From an uncultured delta proteobacterium (GTDB taxonomy: Bacteria; Desulfobacterota; Binatia; Binatales; Binataceae): a stretch of DNA of 64,000 nt. The stretch covers positions 3,200,001 to 3,264,000 of the forward strand of contig CAWEEQ010000004.1 in the NCBI GenBank assembly GCA_963808235.1, written 5' to 3'. This document shows, in pieces, positions 11,316-21,334 of the stretch (its first letter is position 1; each line of letters opens with the position of its first letter). The position numbers were made by a program, and so were the translations under genes. The notes below the pieces were generated by a model. The model made no database searches. It worked only from the letters and a program-made list of their open reading frames with translations, and had not been told where the DNA came from.

Positions 11316-12526
11316 CGCCGCAACCTCGCGAGCTCCACGGCGGCGCCGCGCACGCGCTCGATGGTCGCTTCGAATTCGCCGAGTCTCACCGTCTCGCCGG
11401 CGTGCGGCACCCGTCCGAGGCGTCGAAGGATCAAACTGCCGAGAGTTTTGCCGCCGCCGTAGACATCGATCACGCGAGCCGGCGCAAGCGCGTCGGCAAG
11501 TTTGCCGAGCGCGACCGCGCCGGAGGCAGTCCACTCGTTGTCGGAAATTCGGGTCAGCTCGGGAACTTCGGCGTCGAACTCGTCGTGAATCTCACCGAAG
11601 AGTTCCTCGAGCAGATCTTCGAGCGTAACCAGGCCAAGCAAGCGCCCGTACTCGTTGACCACCAGCGCGATTTGGAAATGGCCGCGGCGCATCTCGTCGA
11701 ATAAATCGGCAAGCATCTTGCCCGGCGGGATGAAGTAAGCAGGCCGCACCAGGCGCTCAACTCGCGGCGGCGAAGGATCGAGACGCCGGGCGGCGAGATC
11801 CTTGGCGTGCAGGATGCCGACGATGTTGTCCTCGCTGCGGCGATAGACGGGCACCCGCGAAAAACTCTCGTGCGCGATCTCCGCCATCAGTTGCACGATC
11901 GGAATTTCGATGTCGAGCGAAAAAATCCGATCGCGCGGCGTCATTATTTCCGACACCCGCCGCGCGCCGAAGTCGAACACCCGATGAATCATCTCGCGCT
12001 CCGCCGGTTCGACTTGCCCCTGGTTCTCGCCCAGCCTGAGCAGCGCCTTGAATTCCGCTTCGGAGACGGGACCGGGCTGCGGCGCATTTTCAATCGGCGT
12101 GAAATGGCGCGCCAACGGATGGAGAATATCCGCCATGAACGCCAGCGGACGCGCGGTGATCCAGGTCAGCGCGGCGGGAAATCCGAGCGCAAAGGTCTTG
12201 GGCGTGATGTCGCAAAAAAGCAGCACGACCAGAAGCATCGCAGGCGCCGCGACGTAAGGGCCGACGTCGTCGCCGAGCCATGCGAGGATCAAAATCGTCG
12301 CGAGGCAGTCGGCGAAAATATTGCAGGCCTCGTTAAGCCCGATGATGATGATCAGCGATTCGAGCGGCCGCCGCATCAGGCGATCGATCGCATGCTGCAC
12401 GGACAAGCTCATCTGCTCGCGGGTGTGCTCCATGCGCGCGAGCGAAAACAGCGCCGTTTCGGAAGCGGCGAGAGTCGCGCTCATCAGGATGAGCAGCGCG
12501 ATCGCGATTGGCAGGAGGAACATCAT
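11312..12526 (-). CDS. Second CNNM/DUF21-CBS-CorC family protein
   Basis: ASETALFSL, DITPKT, FSRVPVY, NEYG...LEDLLEELFGEIHDE. Confidence 0.92.
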   Translation of the reverse strand: MMFLLPIAIALLILMSATLAASETALFSLARMEHTREQMSLSVQHAIDRLMRRPLESLIIIIGLNEACNIFADCLATILILAWLGDDVGPYVAAPAMLLVVLLFCDITPKTFALGFPAALTWITARPLAFMADILHPLARHFTPIENAPQPGPVSEAEFKALLRLGENQGQVEPAEREMIHRVFDFGARRVSEIMTPRDRIFSLDIEIPIVQLMAEIAHESFSRVPVYRRSEDNIVGILHAKDLAARRLDPSPPRVERLVRPAYFIPPGKMLADLFDEMRRGHFQIALVVNEYGRLLGLVTLEDLLEELFGEIHDEFDAEVPELTRISDNEWTASGAVALGKLADALAPARVIDVYGGGKTLGSLILRRLGRVPHAGETVRLGEFEATIERVRGAAVELARLRR

Positions 12527-12529
12527 TCG

Positions 12530-13594
12530 TCAAGCCTGGCTGCGTGATCGCAGTTGATCCCATCCGGCGATTTTGGCCGCGTCTGCGCCAATGAGTTTCA
12601 ATCGCCGGCCGCCGACAACCTTGCCAATTCGCCGGACCGCGACGCCCAGCCGCCGCGTCAGCTGAGATTCGGAATGTCCGGATCGGACACAAAAGAGAAG
12701 TTCGTAATCTTCGCCGCCGCCGAGCGCGTAAGATAAATCGTCGCCGGCGATCGCCTGATACGCGAGAGATACCGGAATTCGCGACGCGTCGATCTCCGCG
12801 CCGACGCCGCTCTTCTCCAGGATGTGGCCCAAGTCCTGGAGCAGGCCGTCGCTGATGTCGATCGCGGCGGGCGCAGGACTGAGCGCTGCGAGGCGCCGGC
12901 CTGGCTCGAGCCGCGCGTCGGGGCGGAGAAAGCGATCGACGAGATATTTTTTTGCGACGCGATATCTCTTCAACTTAGCGCGCCTGACGATGCGAGCGTC
13001 CAGCTTGCCGGCGAGCAGCCGCCAGCCCAGCCCGGCGTCACCGAGCGTGCCGGTAACAAAGATGTCATCTGTAGGACGGGCCGCATCGCGACGCATGACG
13101 CGCGGGCCAGCTTCGCCCAGCAGGGCAATCGTGATCGAAAGCTCGCGCGCACGCGTGATATTTCCGCCCACGATGTCAGTCGCAGTGGCATGCGCGGCGG
13201 TTCGCAGGCCTGCGTAAATCTTGTCGAGCATCGATGAAGAGACTCCGTCGCGAACCGCGAGATTCACGACGCATGCGGTCGGTCGCCCGCCCATCGCGGC
13301 AATGTCGCTCAAGTTGACCGTGAGCGCGCGGGCCCCAAGAGCGTCGAGCGGAGTCCATCGAAGATCGAAGTGAACACCTTCGACCAGCGAATCAATGGTG
13401 AAGAGAATCGGCGCGCGCGATCGAGAAATAATCGCGCAGTCATCGCCGGGACCCTGGATGGTGCGCGGACTGAGCCGGATAGGAGCGCATAGGCGCGCAA
13501 TGAGATCGAATTCGCCCGGCAGTTTGCTTCGATGTGGCGGCAATCGAGACGGATGGAGTTTGCTATGAGAAAGGCCGCGGAAACGATTCACCAA
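12530..13594 (-). CDS. thiL: Thiamine-monophosphate kinase
   Basis: GEFDLI, GDDCA, VNLSDIAAMGG, IDISDGL, GGEDYEL; true start may be about 25 codons downstream. Confidence 0.93.
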   Translation of the reverse strand: MVNRFRGLSHSKLHPSRLPPHRSKLPGEFDLIARLCAPIRLSPRTIQGPGDDCAIISRSRAPILFTIDSLVEGVHFDLRWTPLDALGARALTVNLSDIAAMGGRPTACVVNLAVRDGVSSSMLDKIYAGLRTAAHATATDIVGGNITRARELSITIALLGEAGPRVMRRDAARPTDDIFVTGTLGDAGLGWRLLAGKLDARIVRRAKLKRYRVAKKYLVDRFLRPDARLEPGRRLAALSPAPAAIDISDGLLQDLGHILEKSGVGAEIDASRIPVSLAYQAIAGDDLSYALGGGEDYELLFCVRSGHSESQLTRRLGVAVRRIGKVVGGRRLKLIGADAAKIAGWDQLRSRSQA

Positions 13595-13657
13595 ACTTCT
13601 TGATTGACGCTAGACGATTGGCAGAGTGCGGGCAAGCCGAAGGTCGATCATGTTCGG

Positions 13658-15013
13658 CTAGCCGGTGCGCGAACCCGGCGGCATTGCGTCGAGAGGCAAT
13701 TCCGCGAACAGGGTGAGTCCGCGCCCGGGCACATTGCGCGCCTCCACTCGGCCACCGACGGCCTCTGCCATCGCGCGCGCGACGTATAGCCCGAGGCCGG
13801 GGCCGGGGCCGCGGCCGTCCTTGGGGCCCTGAAAAAGGCCTTCGAGCTCGGCCATTGAAACTGACGCGCCACTATCGCTGACGTCGACGATGATAAAGTC
13901 GTTGAGCAGCCCGGTTCGCAAGACAACTTCGCCGCGAACCATCCGGCTGATCGCATAAGCGAGCAGGTTGCGAACAATTCGGTCGAAGTGACGCGGATCG
14001 AGACGGCACATCGGCAATCGCGCGAGGTCGGCGCGCAGAGCAAGGCGGCGGCGACGCGCCTGCAGCGCGCAATCCTCCGAGACTTCGGCGATGATGACGT
14101 TCGGGTCTACCTCCACCGGCGCCGCGACGATCGCGTTTTCCTGCAGGTCGTAGTAATCGAGCACGTTGCTCACCACCAAGTTCATGTTCCAGGCGGTCGA
14201 GCCGATTCGCCCGAGCAGATCGGTCCGCTCCTTCGGATTCAGCTCGTCATCTTCGAGAAGACTGACGTAGCCGCTTAGCGCCGCGACCGGGCTGCGGATG
14301 TCGTGGGCCATCGTCGCGATCTGACTCTGGCGAAAGCGCGCGGCATCTTCGAGGTCGTGAACCTGCTTGCGCAGGCGGCGCCGATACCGGTCGATGAAAA
14401 CAGCAGTGTATTGAGCGAAGATCACCGCCGCGATCAGGCCCATCCACCGATATGCGCCGTAAGGCGTATCGATCGGAACCAAATAATTGCACGCGGCGTA
14501 GCCGGCGACCGCACTCAGAGCCATCGCGAACTGCCATCGCGGGCCCCAGCTCACGAACGCTGCGGTAGCCAGCGGACAGAGGGTTATCGCGATGAAGCGC
14601 GATTCGGGATCATCGGTGAAGCGGCTGATCGCGACGAACATCGAAATCAGAAAACAAATGAATAGGTATGTCCACAGCCTCCAACGACGCTTGAACGAGC
14701 GAGTCCAGACCAGGCTGAAGAACAGCAACGTGACGGCGAGAACGATCCAGTGAAGTCCGCTGCCAGGAGCATTGCGTCCGCGCAGTTGCTGATCGTAGAC
14801 GAGGTACGCGAGCAGCATGAAGATGCCGAACGCACCGCCCAGCTTGAGTACGCGGAGCGATTCCTCGTCATCCTCGGTCCACGCAAACTCGGACGAGGTG
14901 CGGCCGATTGGGGCGTATCTCAACCTAGCCCGGGCGTCGTCTCCGCCGGGATTCACAAGCCGCGGACCTCCGGCATCAGCATGGCGCAAAAATTCTCGCC
15001 GGCTCTCAGCCAC
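13658..15013 (-). CDS. Membrane-bound sensor histidine kinase with degenerate ATP-binding boxes
   Basis: About 6 hydrophobic segments, H-box AHDIRSP, G2 GPGLGL; N-box reads NLLAYA and G1 reads DSGASV. Confidence 0.85.
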   Translation of the reverse strand: MAESRREFLRHADAGGPRLVNPGGDDARARLRYAPIGRTSSEFAWTEDDEESLRVLKLGGAFGIFMLLAYLVYDQQLRGRNAPGSGLHWIVLAVTLLFFSLVWTRSFKRRWRLWTYLFICFLISMFVAISRFTDDPESRFIAITLCPLATAAFVSWGPRWQFAMALSAVAGYAACNYLVPIDTPYGAYRWMGLIAAVIFAQYTAVFIDRYRRRLRKQVHDLEDAARFRQSQIATMAHDIRSPVAALSGYVSLLEDDELNPKERTDLLGRIGSTAWNMNLVVSNVLDYYDLQENAIVAAPVEVDPNVIIAEVSEDCALQARRRRLALRADLARLPMCRLDPRHFDRIVRNLLAYAISRMVRGEVVLRTGLLNDFIIVDVSDSGASVSMAELEGLFQGPKDGRGPGPGLGLYVARAMAEAVGGRVEARNVPGRGLTLFAELPLDAMPPGSRTG

Positions 15014-15030
15014 TGGTTACCAACTTGACT

Positions 15031-16226
<1,196 letters not shown>

Positions 16227-16230
<4 letters not shown>

Positions 16231-17561
16231 CGCGACGGCACCATCAGGTCGAGGAATGCGCCGCCACCGTGACGCCAAACGAGCGGCGGCGATTGCATCT
16301 CGCCCGGCGCGGAGGCGTAGCTGACACCAACCCCGTGCAGCATCGCGGTGATCCGCCGGATTTCCTCATCGTCTCCGGCAACCGCGATCGCTTCGATGCG
16401 TCCCGACGTGGCGGCTAAATTTGCGCGCACTTGCGACACGTCGCGCACACCGGTCACGTACAAGGAGCGAAAGCCGGGCGAAACTCTGGGACCGACTACA
16501 AGTGACTGTTCGGAAGGGCCGCTCCGCGTTGACTCGGGCTCAAAGACTACCGTCCATCCGAGCCGCGCTCCCTCGAACAGTTCGATCGGCTCGCCGGCGA
16601 TACGACGCCAGCGCGCGCTCTCTCTGACCTTGAGAATTTCGGCGGCATCGCGTAGCGGGATCTTCGCCGGCGGCATCGAATGCGCAAGCCCGTCGAGCGC
16701 CGATGCCATCCGCGCGGCGAAGTCGCGGGCGGCGTCCGGGTTCGGGGTCACAACAGTGACTTGATGAAGCGACAAACAACCGAGCTGCTCGAACAGTGTC
16801 ACGTCCCGCGCGAGCAACTCCGCCAGGGCGTCGCCGCATGCCGGAGACAGCGCACCCGGTGCGACCACCGCGCCACTCACGCGACTGCCGAAACCGATTA
16901 AGGCATGTTCGTCGTGAAGCGATTCGATGGTTACGTCATCGCCGTACGCGACAACGCGATCGCAATTGGCGGCCAGCGCGGAATTCAAATCACGGCGTGC
17001 GCGGCTCCAGTTGAGTACCATGACGCGCGATGCGACCTCACGATCCAGCTCGGCAAGCGTGCGCGCAAACTCATCGAAGAAGACCGGCTCGGCCGAAGCG
17101 GTTTTGATCAGCAGACTCGCACCGGCGATCAGTCCGATGAATATTTCATGGATGCCCGCACCGGCGACGTTGCCCGCCATGATGAATCCGAGCACGCCTG
17201 GTCTATCTCGGCGGCCGCCGCCCGAAACCTGTGCGGCTAGCGAGCTCAATGCCGCGTGGCTGAACGGTTTCATAAGCGCATCGATCGACGCATCAAGCAG
17301 TGCGACGGAATATCCGGCATTGCCGGCAATTTGCGCGATCGCATCGCACCTGCGCGCGTAGTGCTGGTCTCGCCACAATCGCGATGCTCGCGACAAAACA
17401 TCTGCGACTCGATGCGGGTCAAGGGCGATATTCCGGGCGGCGCGCAGCCGGTCAGCGGCAGACACGATGTCCGAAGCGCATAGTCCTGATGAGTTGCGAT
17501 GCGTCCCGCGCCGTTCTGACTCGTGCCAATGCGCTTCGCTCGCGCCCGAGTTGCCGCTCAT
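16227..17561 (-). CDS. LuxC-like acyl-CoA / acyl-protein reductase
   Basis: AGNV, AYGDD, GFGSRVS and catalytic-Cys motif FEQLGCLS; start MSGNSG with ATGA overlap. Confidence 0.8.
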
Positions 17562-18676
17562 CGAACAGCCTCCGCGGAGAATTGCTCTATCGCGAGCGCG
17601 CAACCGCGCGCTTCGCTCGCGACGCCGCGACCGAGCACGCGCACGCCGCCGTTCTCGAGCGTGCCGAGGTCCTCGCTCATGACCGCCGACACACTGCCTG
17701 CGTTGGCGAGATCAAAAAACGTGAGCATCCCGATTTCGCCGTCCTCGACCGGCTTGAGCGTGACCGGATCGCGCGCCGTAACGCGAAGCCATGGCGGAGG
17801 AATTTTCAGCCGCTCGGATGAATCCGATGCTCCTGCGAGATTGAACGGCGTTGCGTCGTAAAGCTGCGAGCATAGTTCGGTCATTCCGTATTCGTTGATG
17901 ACCATCGCTGGCGGTATGGCGAGCAGTTCGCCTGCCGCCTCGATAACGCTGTGCGCGCGCAGCGGCGTCGTTTGTCCTTTCGCGCCGCCGGTATCCATCA
18001 TCCGCGAGCCGTCGGCAAGCCGAAGCTTCGTCCCGCGCTCCCGCAAATCAGAAAACATTGCCGCAAATGCCGCCGTCGTCCCGAGGATGCAGACCGGTTC
18101 GCGCTTTGCTTGCGCTTCGCCCAGAAAGCGAATCGCCGCACCGGTATCGACGCGATCGCGCGATGCAGCCGCTAGCTGCGAGCCCGTGCCAAACTCCTCG
18201 ACGCACCAACTTATCATCCGCGCGAGCGACGACTCCGGCATCGCGTCGGCAATCGGATGAATCGCGAGCATTGCGAGCGGGCGCCGATCGGGAAACAACA
18301 TCTTGCGCAGGTGCGCGATCGCCGACGCCCGATATATCTCAGGTCGCGGCACAATGTGACGCCCGCGCCGTTCGCGCCCCGCAGTGGTCCCGCTGGTCAG
18401 AAAAACGAGCGCGTCGGGCGATACGCGCGCATCATCAATCGAGAGGTCTTGCGAGAGATCCGCATACTTGAATGCGACGTTGCTGACCGCAGGGATATCC
18501 TCCACGCGGCCCACCGCCGATGGATTGACACCGCGCTCTTCGCAGAAGCGTCGATAGGGGCGCACTGACTGGAACTGGTAGCGAAAGACCTCGAGCGCGA
18601 GCGATTCGAAATCTTCGTGCACAGGCTTGTGGATAAAGGTGAGTACTCGCTCGAAGATTTGCTCGTCAATAGACAT
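17558..18676 (-). CDS. LuxE-like acyl-protein synthetase
   Basis: FLTSGTT, MDTGGAKG, NEYGMTELCSQLY, DLAN...SEDLG, LGR...RGC motifs. Confidence 0.88.
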   Translation of the reverse strand: MSIDEQIFERVLTFIHKPVHEDFESLALEVFRYQFQSVRPYRRFCEERGVNPSAVGRVEDIPAVSNVAFKYADLSQDLSIDDARVSPDALVFLTSGTTAGRERRGRHIVPRPEIYRASAIAHLRKMLFPDRRPLAMLAIHPIADAMPESSLARMISWCVEEFGTGSQLAAASRDRVDTGAAIRFLGEAQAKREPVCILGTTAAFAAMFSDLRERGTKLRLADGSRMMDTGGAKGQTTPLRAHSVIEAAGELLAIPPAMVINEYGMTELCSQLYDATPFNLAGASDSSERLKIPPPWLRVTARDPVTLKPVEDGEIGMLTFFDLANAGSVSAVMSEDLGTLENGGVRVLGRGVASEARGCALAIEQFSAEAVR

Positions 18677-18993
18677 GCGTCAAAGCCGGACGGTGGACGA
18701 TCATGGCATCGCCGCGCGCGGCCATTCAATCCCGAAAGTCGCCCTTTTTCGCTTGAAATGCCCATATTTACGCGGCTATCGAAATGCTCTACACTATTTG
18801 CGGTTGTGGGTGGCGTAGCATGCAGCCGCAGCGGCCTCGAACGGCCGGGTAAGCGGGGCTTTCAGGATATTGAATCGAATCGTTCAGCGCCGGGAGACGA
18901 ATGTAACGCCGATTCTGGGTGTAACCGATTTTGCGTTGAGTACGTACATTTGCTAAACAGACGTTCACCGATCGAGCAAGGGGTTCTCAGGAG

Positions 18994-19407
18994 ATGAAGA
19001 AATTCGCCGCGGGCGTAATGCTCGGGTTTGTTGCGAGTTGGGCTGTCGCGTTCGCGTCGCCCAGCATCAATCACAATGGCAGTTTCTGGAATCGGCTCAA
19101 CAACGCCGCCAAAGACGGTTACGTCAACGGCTATTCGGACGCAATGCGGGTGAGCGTCGGCAAGCTCGAGGTGCTCAACTCGGCGGCCGATTTGTTTCAT
19201 TGGAAAGGCGCGCGCAGAATTATCCATCAGCTCTCCGGACAACTCTCGATGGGCGAGGTGACGCCCGACAAAGCGGTAAAGCGGCTCGATGAATTGTATT
19301 CCAATCAGAAGTACAGCGAGCTCGATCTCGGCGAGGCTCTGCAGACCTTGACGATCCGCGCGAACGAAACTGCGATGCCCGACGCGCCGGTGATGCCTTC
19401 CAAGTAA
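18994..19407 (+). CDS. Secreted hypothetical protein
   Basis: AGGAG RBS, signal peptide MKKFAAG...AFA, followed by a terminator. Confidence 0.8.
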   Translation: MKKFAAGVMLGFVASWAVAFASPSINHNGSFWNRLNNAAKDGYVNGYSDAMRVSVGKLEVLNSAADLFHWKGARRIIHQLSGQLSMGEVTPDKAVKRLDELYSNQKYSELDLGEALQTLTIRANETAMPDAPVMPSK

Positions 19408-19426
19408 CTTTTTTGATTTTCGTGGC

Positions 19427-19460
19427 AGAGGCGGTCTCGTCAGGGACCGCCTCTTTTTTT
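19427..19460 (+). terminator. Rho-independent terminator
   Basis: AGAGGCGGTC-8 nt-GACCGCCTCT stem followed by a T run. Confidence 0.9.
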
Positions 19461-19529
19461 CCCGGCGTCGAAATCGGCGCTTGAAACAGCACCTCTGCGG
19501 CCCTAGCCTTTACTCGCGGAGCATCCATC

Positions 19530-20438
19530 TTGAACGCGCCGATATTCCTGCTCGAAAAAGTTCTTCGCGCCACGGTTGGCGTTCATTCGCACATCCCGTC
19601 GACGCATGTCTCGACTGCGATCGGTCTCGGCACTGATCGCCGCGGCACCGGAACCATCGTCAGTCCCGACGGGCTGATTCTCACCGCTCACTACCTGCTC
19701 CTCGGCGCTCAATCGGTGATCGTCACGATGCCGGGAGGCGAGCAGCTCGAGGCGAAGATCGTCGGCAAGGACTACACCACCGGTCTCGGGCTCTTGAAGA
19801 TAGATCGCGATAAGCTCGCACACGTCGAGGTGGTGTCTTCGGAGAGTTGCGTGGCCGGCGCTGAAGCGTTCACGGTCGCGAGCATGGGCGGTGAAAAGCG
19901 ATGCGCCGATTGCGGCATCTTCACTTACCTGGGTCCATTCGACGCGGTGTGGGAGTTCGTGCTCGACAAGTGCGTATGCGTCACGGCGTCAACCCTGAGC
20001 ATCGGATTGAGCGGCGGCCCGATCTGCAACACCAAGGCGCAAGTCGTGGCGGTGTCGTATCTGAACTTCGCCGACTTGAGCCGCGCGATCCTGGGCGTAC
20101 CGGGCGAAAACTTCCTCGCGGTGCGCGACGAGTTGATCCAGCACGGCCACCGCACCACCGCTGTGCCGCGCGCGTGGCTCGGCGTGCTGTCGTACACATT
20201 GCGCGAGCACGTGGTGATCGCGGGCGTGATGCCCGGCGCTCCCAGCGAGAAGGCGGGCTTGCAGCAGGGTGACCTGGTGATCGCGATCGATGGCAACGAC
20301 GTAAGCGATCGGCGCTTTCTCTACGATGCGCTCGCCAATCGCCGTCCCGGCGAAAATATCAATTTGAAAGTGCTGCGCGACAACAAAGTCTACCAGGTCG
20401 AAGTTCCTTCGATTCGCGCCGAAGACTACTTCGCATAG
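19530..20438 (+). CDS. Trypsin-like (S1C/HtrA-like) protein with one PDZ domain, no signal peptide
   Basis: GTGTIV, ILTAHY, GLSGGP, WLGV...SEKAGLQQGDLVIAIDG. Confidence 0.85.
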   Translation: MNAPIFLLEKVLRATVGVHSHIPSTHVSTAIGLGTDRRGTGTIVSPDGLILTAHYLLLGAQSVIVTMPGGEQLEAKIVGKDYTTGLGLLKIDRDKLAHVEVVSSESCVAGAEAFTVASMGGEKRCADCGIFTYLGPFDAVWEFVLDKCVCVTASTLSIGLSGGPICNTKAQVVAVSYLNFADLSRAILGVPGENFLAVRDELIQHGHRTTAVPRAWLGVLSYTLREHVVIAGVMPGAPSEKAGLQQGDLVIAIDGNDVSDRRFLYDALANRRPGENINLKVLRDNKVYQVEVPSIRAEDYFA

Positions 20439-20464
20439 CTGCTTCGTCCGCAAGGAGCTTGGTC

Positions 20465-21307
20465 ATGAATGATCCGAGAGCGCGGTTGCGCGAGATGCTC
20501 GCGACGCCCGGGATGATAGTCGCGCCATTCGTGTTCGATTGTCTCCAGGCAAAGCTCGCGGCGAGCGTCGGCTTCGATGCGGTCTACATGACCGGATTCG
20601 GAACCGCTGCAGCGCGCGGATATCCCGACCTGGGCCTGCTCACGATGACCGAGATGGTCGCCAATGCGCGCGCAATTTCGCGGGCGGTAAACGTTCCAGT
20701 CATCTGCGACGCGGACACCGGCTACGGAAATCCGCTCAACGCTTGGCGCACCGTGCGCGAATACGAGGACGCGGGCGCGTCGGCGCTGCACATCGAAGAC
20801 CAGGTATTTCCGAAGCGATGCGGTTTTTTCGCCGGCAAACAGGTAATCGCAATCGAGACGATGGCGCATAAGGTCCGCGCAGCATGCGACGCGCGGCGCG
20901 ATCCGAACCTGGTCATCATCGCTCGTACCGACGCGCTACAAGTCAACGGATGGAACGATGTCGTCAGCCGCGCGCGCGCCTATCGCGAATCGGGCGCGGA
21001 CCTGATCTTCGTCGACGGAATCAAAACCGTCGATGACTTGAAGCGGTATGCCGAGAAGCTCGGCGATTTGCCGCTGATTTATAACGGCGACTTGCTGCCG
21101 ATCGACGATTTGAGGAAGTATCCCTTCAAGGTCACCATCCACATCGGCACGATGCTCGCGGCGTTCGACTCGATGCGCACCGTGATGACGGAACTCAAGC
21201 GCAGTGGCAAACTCAGCGTTGGCACGGGAGCAAACGTGTTTAAGGATTTCGTGCACCTGCTGGGCATCGAAGAATTCGAGGCGCTCGCGAAAAAGTACGC
21301 CGACTAG
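20465..21307 (+). CDS. Isocitrate lyase / PEP mutase family lyase (PrpB-like)
   Basis: PDLGLLT, DADTGYG, HIEDQ, PKRCG, IIARTDA. Confidence 0.9.
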   Translation: MNDPRARLREMLATPGMIVAPFVFDCLQAKLAASVGFDAVYMTGFGTAAARGYPDLGLLTMTEMVANARAISRAVNVPVICDADTGYGNPLNAWRTVREYEDAGASALHIEDQVFPKRCGFFAGKQVIAIETMAHKVRAACDARRDPNLVIIARTDALQVNGWNDVVSRARAYRESGADLIFVDGIKTVDDLKRYAEKLGDLPLIYNGDLLPIDDLRKYPFKVTIHIGTMLAAFDSMRTVMTELKRSGKLSVGTGANVFKDFVHLLGIEEFEALAKKYAD

Positions 21308-21334
21308 AGCCTTTCCTCGCGAGTGGCGCCGACA

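Noticed and set aside
9732-11462. Long antisense ORFs (also 22844-24130, 35189-36193, 40810-42255, 51263-52327)
   Set aside because: Shadow frames opposite well-supported genes, expected in GC-rich DNA; no motifs.
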